NCBI GenBank assembly: GCA_024277355.1
Contig: JAJRVL010000002.1
Coordinates: forward strand, 1-32,000
Source: an archaeon
GTDB taxonomy: Archaea > Iainarchaeota > Iainarchaeia > Iainarchaeales > 1-14-0-10-31-34
Direction: 5' to 3'
DNA: 32,000 bases
The stretch's first letter is position 1; each line of letters starts with the position of its first letter. This document shows, piece after piece, positions 25,150 to 32,000 of the stretch. A program made the position numbers and the translations under genes. The notes below the pieces were generated by a model, which saw only the letters and a list, made by a program, of their open reading frames with translations, did not search any database and was not told where the DNA came from.

Positions 25150-26949
25150 ATGATTAAAACTCAGAGAATGAGCCGAATTAGAATAACTGGTCCAAAAAAC
25201 AACATGAAAAAACTAATTGGTGAACTGCATTCACTTAAATTAATGCATTTAATTGACTATAAAGGAAAAGACTTTGAAACAGGAAATTCTTTTGCTGAAG
25301 CAGAACAGGTTTCAGATAAATTAGTTAAATTAAGGTCAATGATAAGTCATTTTAATTTGGATTTAAAGCCAAGAATAATAAAAGACCTTAAAGTATGTAA
25401 TGGAAAATTCAGTGAAATTCATTTAAAATACATGGAATTAAATCAGGAAATTTCTGTTTTAACTGAAGAAAAATCTTTATTAAATTCAAAAAAACAATCA
25501 ATTGAACCTTTTTCTTCACTTAACTTAAATTCAAATCATTTTTTTGGATTTAATTCAATTACTGTGTTTAAAGGAACAGTAAAAAAACCTTTAACTGAAC
25601 AGGAAATAAAACAAATAACAAATGAATTTGAATTTTTTTCTTCAGTTTATAAAGGAAAAAACATTATTGCTTTGTTTATTCCGAACAAAAACAAAGAAAA
25701 AATTCATTTACTTTTATCAGAATATGGTTTTAATGAATTAAATTTTGAAGAAAACTCTGATTTAAATCAAATTAATTCAGAATTAAATTCAGTTGAAAAA
25801 AAACTTTCTTCTTTTAATTCTCAATTAAATTCATTGAAAGAAAAAGAAGGACAGTTTTTGGTTGACTTAGAATATAATTTAGAAAAAGAAAATGAAAAAC
25901 TTGAAGCGCCCTTAAAATTTGCTGTAACCTTAAATGCTTTTGTTATTGATGGCTGGGTTCCTGAAAAAAAAGCAAAAGAAATAAAAGAAAAACTAAAAGT
26001 TTTAACTAAAGATAAAATTTTCTTTGAAGAATTAAAAGACAAAAAAAATGCTCCAATAGCAATGGATAATCCTTCAATGGTTAAACCATTCCAGTTTTTT
26101 TTGAATTTGTATTCTCTTCCAAAATACACTGAATTAGATCCAACTTTCCTTGTATTTATTACTTTCCCGTTATTTTTTGGTTTTATGTTAGGGGATGTAG
26201 GTTATGGAATTGTTACTTTACTTGCATTTATTTTTTTAAGAGGAAAACTAAAAGGAGAAGCAAGACTTTTAGTTAGTTCTTTGATTGTTGCTTCTTTAGC
26301 TACAATATTTTTTGGTTTTATTTTTGGAGAAGCATTTGGATTTGAATTTGTTGAACATCCAATTCTTAACAGAGCGCATGACTTAAATACAATGCTTTTA
26401 ATTTCAATTTTAGTCGGCATAATTCACATTACTTTTGGTTATATTATTGGATTTTATAATGTTTTAATTCAGCATGGACTAAAAGAAGCAGTGTTAGAAA
26501 AAGGATCTTGGTTGATGATTGAAGCAGGAGGATTACTTGTATTATCTGAAATGATTTTAGGAATGACTTCTTTTGGAAATATTGCCGGAGGACTATTGTT
26601 GTTTTTAGGAATTGTTTTGCTGTTTAAAGGAGAAGGAGTCCAGGGAATAATTGAATTGCCTGCGATTTTAAGTAATACTTTGTCTTATGCAAGGCTTTTT
26701 GCTGTTGGGTTAGCTTCAGTTAAATTAGCAGTAATAATAAATGAGTTTGCAACAGAATTCTTTAATCAAGGCGGAATTTTCATTGTAGCATCAGTTTTAA
26801 TTCTTTTGCTTGGACATTTTGTTAATATACTATTAGGTTTAATAGGGCCTTTTTTGCATTCATTAAGGCTTCATTATGTTGAATTTTTTGGTAAATTCTA
26901 TAAAGGCGGAGGAAAACCATTTCTGCCTTTTGGAGTTGAAAAAAATTAA
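25150..26949 (+). CDS. atpI: A/V-type ATP synthase subunit I
   Basis: PSMVKPFQFFLNLYSLPKYTELDPTFLVFITFPLFFGFMLGDVGYG and C-terminal multi-TM region ending LHSLRLHYVEFFGKFYKGGGKPFLPF. Confidence 0.95.
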   Translation: MIKTQRMSRIRITGPKNNMKKLIGELHSLKLMHLIDYKGKDFETGNSFAEAEQVSDKLVKLRSMISHFNLDLKPRIIKDLKVCNGKFSEIHLKYMELNQEISVLTEEKSLLNSKKQSIEPFSSLNLNSNHFFGFNSITVFKGTVKKPLTEQEIKQITNEFEFFSSVYKGKNIIALFIPNKNKEKIHLLLSEYGFNELNFEENSDLNQINSELNSVEKKLSSFNSQLNSLKEKEGQFLVDLEYNLEKENEKLEAPLKFAVTLNAFVIDGWVPEKKAKEIKEKLKVLTKDKIFFEELKDKKNAPIAMDNPSMVKPFQFFLNLYSLPKYTELDPTFLVFITFPLFFGFMLGDVGYGIVTLLAFIFLRGKLKGEARLLVSSLIVASLATIFFGFIFGEAFGFEFVEHPILNRAHDLNTMLLISILVGIIHITFGYIIGFYNVLIQHGLKEAVLEKGSWLMIEAGGLLVLSEMILGMTSFGNIAGGLLLFLGIVLLFKGEGVQGIIELPAILSNTLSYARLFAVGLASVKLAVIINEFATEFFNQGGIFIVASVLILLLGHFVNILLGLIGPFLHSLRLHYVEFFGKFYKGGGKPFLPFGVEKN

Positions 26950-26974
26950 TATTTAATTAAAGGAGGAATATAAC

Positions 26975-27208
26975 ATGGTTGAATTAGAATTAGGATTGAT
27001 TGCAATAGGAGCAGGAATTGCAATTGCAGGAAGCGCTTATGCTGCAGCAATAGCAGAAAAAGAAATAGGAACTGCCGCAGTGGGAGCAATGGCTGAAAAA
27101 GAAGAATTATTTGGTAAAGCATTAATTTTAACAGTAATTCCAGAAACATTAGTCATTTTCGGTTTAGTTATTGCAATAATGATTTTAGGTTTAGCTCCGG
27201 CGCACTAA
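26975..27208 (+). CDS. atpK: A/V-type ATP synthase proteolipid subunit K
   Basis: Two-helix hairpin with ion-binding Glu: LELGLIAIGAGIAIAGSAYAAAIAEKEIGTAAVGA...LILTVIPETLVIFGLVIAIMIL; AAAGGAGGA Shine-Dalgarno. Confidence 0.95.
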   Translation: MVELELGLIAIGAGIAIAGSAYAAAIAEKEIGTAAVGAMAEKEELFGKALILTVIPETLVIFGLVIAIMILGLAPAH

Positions 27209-27228
27209 AATCTAAAAGGTTTTAACAA

Positions 27229-27786
27229 ATGTCATTAGAAAATGTAATTAAAGAAATAAACAATGAGACTGAATTAAAGTCTAATGCAATAATTAATGAA
27301 GGAAAAATACAAGCAAAAGAAATACTGCAAAAAACAAAAGAAAAAGTAAACAAATCAAAAGAAAAAACAGTTAAAAAAACCAGTGAAATAGTTTCTTCGA
27401 TGGAAAGAACTGAATTAGCTTCATTAAAACTGTTGTTAAAAAAACAACAGCTTAACGCAAAGAAAGAAGTAATTGATTCTTTGTTTGATGAAGTAAAAAA
27501 CCAATTAGAGAAACTTAATTCAAAAGAAAAAGAAAAAATCCTGAAAAAATTATTGCAGAAAGGAAAAAAAGAAGTTAATGCAGAGTATTTTTACTGCAAT
27601 GCAAAAGATAAAGCATTAATTTCAAAACTTTCCGGATTAAAATTCAGAGAATCAATTGAATGTTCAGGCGGATTTGTTCTTGAAAACAAAGAAGGAACAA
27701 TTCGTTCAGATCAGACATTTGATTTAATTCTTGAAAAAGTTAAAGAAAAAAATATAAGTGATATTTCTTCAAGGGTGTTTGGATGA
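27229..27786 (+). CDS. atpE: A/V-type ATP synthase subunit E
   Basis: Position in the operon; coiled-coil N-terminus and GGFVLENKEGTIRSDQTFDLILEKVKEK. Confidence 0.88.
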   Translation: MSLENVIKEINNETELKSNAIINEGKIQAKEILQKTKEKVNKSKEKTVKKTSEIVSSMERTELASLKLLLKKQQLNAKKEVIDSLFDEVKNQLEKLNSKEKEKILKKLLQKGKKEVNAEYFYCNAKDKALISKLSGLKFRESIECSGGFVLENKEGTIRSDQTFDLILEKVKEKNISDISSRVFG

Positions 27787-28682
27787 CTGGAAAAGGTTTT
27801 GGATATTCTTATACTAATACAAGAGTAAGAGTAATGAAATCAAAATTAATTGATTCAACTGAATACCCAAAATTAATGAAAATGAGTTTAGACCAGATAG
27901 CCCGTTTTTTAGGAGAAAGCGAATACAAAAAAGAAATAGAAGAATTAGGTGCAGTATTTGAAGAAGCAAATTTAATTGAATATGCAGTAAACAGAAACCT
28001 GGCAAACTCATTTAAAAAAATACTGTCTTTTTCTTTGAAAGATTCAAGAAAATCAGTTTTAGTTTTCCTGAAAAAATATGATATATGGAACATTAAAACA
28101 ATTTTAAGAGGCAAACAATCAAATGAAAACCCTGAAGAAATAATTCAAAACTTAATTCCTGCAGGAGAATTTTCAGAGGAATTTTTAACTGAAGTAATAA
28201 AAAAATCTAATTCAGTTGAAGAAGCAGTTGAATTTTTCAAAAAAACTTCTTATTATGGAATAATGAAAAAACATTTATCAAATTTAACTGAATTAGAAGA
28301 TGAATTAGATATTAATTATTTTAATGAATTAATTGAAAGTTCTTCAGGAAAAGTAAAAAACTTAATGATTCAGCAGGCAGTATATCTTGATGCATTAAAT
28401 GAAGCAAGAGCAAAAGAAACAAAAATTTCAATGAAAAACATTATTTCAACAAAAAAAAGAAAAAAAATTGTAGTTGAAAATTTAGAAGAAGCAAGAGTTG
28501 AATTTAAAAAAGATATTTCGGCTAAAGGAAAAAAATTAGTTCATGAATTTAAAAGAGATTCTTCTCCAGTAATAGGTTATTTTATCGCAAAAGAAAATGA
28601 AGCAAATAATTTAAGGATTATTACAAGAGGAAAACAATCGAATTTGCCTTTAGATTTAATTGAAAAACAAATGGTGTTTTAA
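27783..28682 (+). CDS. atpC: A/V-type ATP synthase subunit C
   Basis: GFGYSYTNTRVRVMKSKLID and ENEANNLRIITRGKQSNLPLDLIEKQMV; ATGA overlap with atpE. Confidence 0.93.
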   Translation: MTGKGFGYSYTNTRVRVMKSKLIDSTEYPKLMKMSLDQIARFLGESEYKKEIEELGAVFEEANLIEYAVNRNLANSFKKILSFSLKDSRKSVLVFLKKYDIWNIKTILRGKQSNENPEEIIQNLIPAGEFSEEFLTEVIKKSNSVEEAVEFFKKTSYYGIMKKHLSNLTELEDELDINYFNELIESSSGKVKNLMIQQAVYLDALNEARAKETKISMKNIISTKKRKKIVVENLEEARVEFKKDISAKGKKLVHEFKRDSSPVIGYFIAKENEANNLRIITRGKQSNLPLDLIEKQMVF

Positions 28683-28978
28683 TGGACATAGCAGTATTAG
28701 GAACAGATGATTTTGTAACAGGTTTTAGGTTGGCGGGAGTAAAAAATACTTTTGCAGTAACAAATGATTTTGACGAAAAAATAAAAGAAGTTTTAGACAA
28801 TAAAGAAATAGGCGTAATTGTAATTGAACAGGAAGAAATGGATAAAATGTCAAATAAAACAAAAAGAGTTTTAGAAAAGCTTATTACTCCGGTTCTGATA
28901 ACCCTTTCATCTAAAGGGAAAGAAACGGATTTAAGAGAATTAATCAAAAGAACGGTTGGGGTTGATTTATGGAAATAG
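28682..28978 (+). CDS. atpF: A/V-type ATP synthase subunit F
   Basis: [24 protein letters not shown]...[12 protein letters not shown]; TAATG overlap with atpC. Confidence 0.93.
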   Translation: MDIAVLGTDDFVTGFRLAGVKNTFAVTNDFDEKIKEVLDNKEIGVIVIEQEEMDKMSNKTKRVLEKLITPVLITLSSKGKETDLRELIKRTVGVDLWK

Positions 28979-30711
28979 CAAAAATTTACAGGATTTCAGG
29001 ACCTGTTGTAGTAGCAAAAAACTTAAATGCAAAAATGTTTGACTTAGTTAAAGTAGGAAAAGAAGAATTAATGGGGGAAGTCATTCAAATTGACGGAGAC
29101 AAAACAACAATTCAGGTTTATGAAGAAACTTCTGGTTTAACTCCAGGAGAAAAAGTTGAAAACACAGGAATGCCTTTATCAGTTGAATTAGGACCAGGAA
29201 TGCTTTCAACAATTTATGATGGAATTCAAAGACCGCTTCCAGGATTAATGGAAAAAATGGGGGCTTTTATTGAAAGAGGAATAACTATTCCCGGATTAGA
29301 CAGAAAAAAGAAATGGAACTTTAAGCCAACCGTAAAAAAAGGAGATAAAGTTTCAGGAGGGGATGTAATTGGAACTGTACAGGAAACAACAAATATTTTA
29401 CATAAAATTTTAGTGCCTCCAACAATAAGCGGAAAAATAAAAGAAATCAAAACAGGAAAATTTACTGTAACAGAAACAATTGCAGTATTAGATAAAGGAA
29501 CAAAATTAAGTTTAATGCATAAATGGCCAGTAAAAAGGCCTCGCCCATATGCCCAAAAATTAATGCCTTCAATTCCTTTAATTACAGGTCAAAGAATTTT
29601 AGATAGTTTATTTCCAATAGCTAAAGGTGGAGCAGGAAGTATTCCGGGACCGTTTGGTTCAGGAAAAACAGTAACCCAGCAGCAATTAGCTAAATGGAGT
29701 GACGCAGAAATTGTTGTTTATATTGGATGCGGTGAAAGAGGAAATGAAATGACTGAAGTTTTAACTGAATTCCCTGAATTATTAGATGTAAAAACAGGAA
29801 AACCTTTAATGGAAAGAACAGTCTTAATTGCAAATACTTCTAATATGCCTGTTGCAGCAAGAGAAGCTTCAGTTTATACTGGAATGACTATAGCAGAATA
29901 TTTCAGAGATCAGGGTTTTGATGTAAGCTTAATGGCTGATTCTACTTCCCGTTGGGCTGAAGCAATGAGAGAAATTTCTTCTCGATTAGAAGAAATGCCT
30001 GGCGAAGAAGGTTATCCAGCTTATCTTGCAGCAAGATTATCAGAATTTTATGAAAGAGCCGGAAGAGTTAATGCTTTAGGTTCAAAAGAAGTAATTGGTT
30101 CAGTTACAGCAATTGGTGCAGTTTCTCCTCCAGGAGGAGACTTTTCAGAACCTGTAACTCAAAATACTTTAAAGATTACAAAAGTGTTTTGGGCTTTAGA
30201 TGCAAAATTAGCTCACAGAAGACACTTTCCTTCAATTAACTGGCTTGACTCTTATAGTTTATATGCAAACTCTTTAGAAAACTGGTTTATTGAAAATGTA
30301 GCAGAAGACTGGGTTAAAATCAGAACTCAAATAATGAATGTCTTACAAAAAGAAGCTTCATTACAGGAAATTGTTCAGTTAATTGGTTCAGATGCTTTGC
30401 CTGAAAAAGAACAGCTTACAATGGAAGTTGCAAGATTAATTAGAGAAGGTTTTTTGCAGCAAAACGCATTCCATGAAGTTGACTCTTACTGCAGTCTAAA
30501 AAAACAATATGGTATTTTGAAGTCAATTATTTCTTTTTCTGAACAAGCTAATGCAGCAGTTGATGTTGGAGTGCCAATTGAAAGCATAATTAAAATGAAT
30601 TCAAAATCTAAATTAACTAAAGTTTCTTTAGTTAAAGAAGAATTATTTGAAAAAGAAACAGAAAAAATAATGAATGAAATGAAAGAAGAATTTAAGTCAA
30701 TCGCAAAATAA
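28969..30711 (+). CDS. atpA: A/V-type ATP synthase subunit A
   Basis: [42 protein letters not shown]; [30 protein letters not shown]. Confidence 0.97.
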   Translation: MEIAKIYRISGPVVVAKNLNAKMFDLVKVGKEELMGEVIQIDGDKTTIQVYEETSGLTPGEKVENTGMPLSVELGPGMLSTIYDGIQRPLPGLMEKMGAFIERGITIPGLDRKKKWNFKPTVKKGDKVSGGDVIGTVQETTNILHKILVPPTISGKIKEIKTGKFTVTETIAVLDKGTKLSLMHKWPVKRPRPYAQKLMPSIPLITGQRILDSLFPIAKGGAGSIPGPFGSGKTVTQQQLAKWSDAEIVVYIGCGERGNEMTEVLTEFPELLDVKTGKPLMERTVLIANTSNMPVAAREASVYTGMTIAEYFRDQGFDVSLMADSTSRWAEAMREISSRLEEMPGEEGYPAYLAARLSEFYERAGRVNALGSKEVIGSVTAIGAVSPPGGDFSEPVTQNTLKITKVFWALDAKLAHRRHFPSINWLDSYSLYANSLENWFIENVAEDWVKIRTQIMNVLQKEASLQEIVQLIGSDALPEKEQLTMEVARLIREGFLQQNAFHEVDSYCSLKKQYGILKSIISFSEQANAAVDVGVPIESIIKMNSKSKLTKVSLVKEELFEKETEKIMNEMKEEFKSIAK

Positions 30712-30730
30712 TGTCTGGAGTGATGAGAAA

Positions 30731-32000
30731 ATGAAAGAATATAAAACAATTGAAAAAATTGCAGGACCATTAATTTTTGTAAAAAAAACTGATCCAATAG
30801 GTTATGGAGAATTAGTTAAAATAAAACTTGGAGACGGAACAATAAAAAATGGTCAAGTATTAGATACTTCAGATGATTTAGTTGTTGTACAGGTATTTGA
30901 AGGAACTTCGGCAATAGATAAACAGTCAACAGTTAAATTTACAGGAGATACAATTAAACTAAAAGTTTCAAAAGATTTATTAGGAAGAGTTTTATCAGGT
31001 TTAGGCAATCCATTAGATGGCGGACCACAAATAATTCCAGAAAAAGAACAGGATATTATTGGAGCAGCAATTAATCCTTATGCAAGAAGTTCTCCAAAAG
31101 ATTTTGTTCAAACAGGAATTTCAACTATTGACGGAATGAATACTTTAGTTAAAGGACAAAAACTGCCAATTTTTTCTGGTTCAGGTTTGCCTCATAATGA
31201 CATTGCATTGCAAATTGCAAGACAGGCAAAAGTTGAAGGAAATTTTGCTGTTGTTTTTGCTGCAATGGGAATAACAAATGAAGAAGCACAGCAATTCCAA
31301 AGAGATTTTGAACAAACAGGCGCATTAGAAAGAACAATTATGTTTTTGAATTTAGCTAATGATCCTGCAATTGAAAGACTTATTACTCCTAGAATGGCTT
31401 TAACTGCAGCAGAATATTTAGCTTATGAACACGACATGCATGTTTTAGTAATTTTAACTGATATGACAAATTATTGTGAAGCATTAAGAGAAATTGGAGC
31501 TGCAAGAGAAGAAGTTCCTGGAAGAAGAGGTTATCCAGGGTATATGTATACAGATTTAGCTTCAATTTATGAAAGAGCAGGATTAATTAAAGGAAAACAA
31601 GGTTCAGTAACTCAAATTCCAATTCTAACAATGCCAGGAGATGACATAACTCATCCAATTCCTGATTTAACTGGATATATCACTGAAGGACAAATTGTGT
31701 TGGGAAGAGATTTGCATATGAAAGGAATTTATCCTCCAATTGATGTTTTGCCTTGTTTGTCTAGATTAATGAATGCAGGAATTGGCAAAAAAAACACAAG
31801 AGATGACCATAAAGCAGTTTCAAATCAATGTTATGCAGGTTATGCTGAAGGAAGATCTTTAAGAGGATTAGTTGCAATTGTCGGAGAAGAAGCTTTAAGT
31901 GAAAGAGACAGAGGTTTCTTAAAATTTGCAGAACAATTTGAAGACAAATTTATCAGACAAGCAAAAAACGAAAACAGAACAATTTTTGATACTTTAAATT
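30731..32000 (+). CDS. atpB: A/V-type ATP synthase subunit B, truncated by window end
   Basis: Translates as [31 protein letters not shown]...[22 protein letters not shown]...[25 protein letters not shown]; GGAGTGATG Shine-Dalgarno. Not in the supplied ORF track. Confidence 0.95.
   Translation, partial: MKEYKTIEKIAGPLIFVKKTDPIGYGELVKIKLGDGTIKNGQVLDTSDDLVVVQVFEGTSAIDKQSTVKFTGDTIKLKVSKDLLGRVLSGLGNPLDGGPQIIPEKEQDIIGAAINPYARSSPKDFVQTGISTIDGMNTLVKGQKLPIFSGSGLPHNDIALQIARQAKVEGNFAVVFAAMGITNEEAQQFQRDFEQTGALERTIMFLNLANDPAIERLITPRMALTAAEYLAYEHDMHVLVILTDMTNYCEALREIGAAREEVPGRRGYPGYMYTDLASIYERAGLIKGKQGSVTQIPILTMPGDDITHPIPDLTGYITEGQIVLGRDLHMKGIYPPIDVLPCLSRLMNAGIGKKNTRDDHKAVSNQCYAGYAEGRSLRGLVAIVGEEALSERDRGFLKFAEQFEDKFIRQAKNENRTIFDTLN

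Noticed and set aside
1-32000. CRISPR arrays, cas genes, transposases, integrases or defence islands
   Set aside because: No regularly spaced direct repeats and no recognisable mobile-element or defence protein among the ORFs.

Overview
AT-rich archaeal window, most likely from a DPANN-type genome. Archaeal character comes from the A/V-type ATPase operon, class III signal-peptide pilins, FlaI/FlaJ-like assembly proteins and an archaeal 7S SRP RNA. Contents in order: tRNA-Phe(GAA); purine biosynthesis genes (purA, purB, purF, purC, purE, guaA); a minus-strand run of a long RelA/SpoT homolog, a KaiC-like ATPase and class II lysS; a bacterial-style tpiA; a large minus-strand type IV-pilus/Tad-like locus (pilin-like proteins, a 727-aa surface protein, secretion ATPase, two T2SSF membrane proteins, a second KaiC-like ATPase); an SRP RNA gene not in the ORF track; a DUF1405-like membrane protein; a ferredoxin; and an atpH-I-K-E-C-F-A-B operon cut off in atpB. 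The observations most worth follow-up are: (1) the secretion ATPase appears split across two ORFs joined by a -1 shift at an A10 run, with no usable start codon in the long open downstream stretch; (2) a synthetase-type RelA/SpoT homolog with a degenerate HD domain lies between purine genes and other genes in an archaeon; (3) a GC-rich patch of about 120 bp with three consecutive perfect hairpins sits inside the 5' end of a pilin gene; (4) there is a candidate small structured RNA near 22.55 kb. No CRISPR array or transposase was seen.
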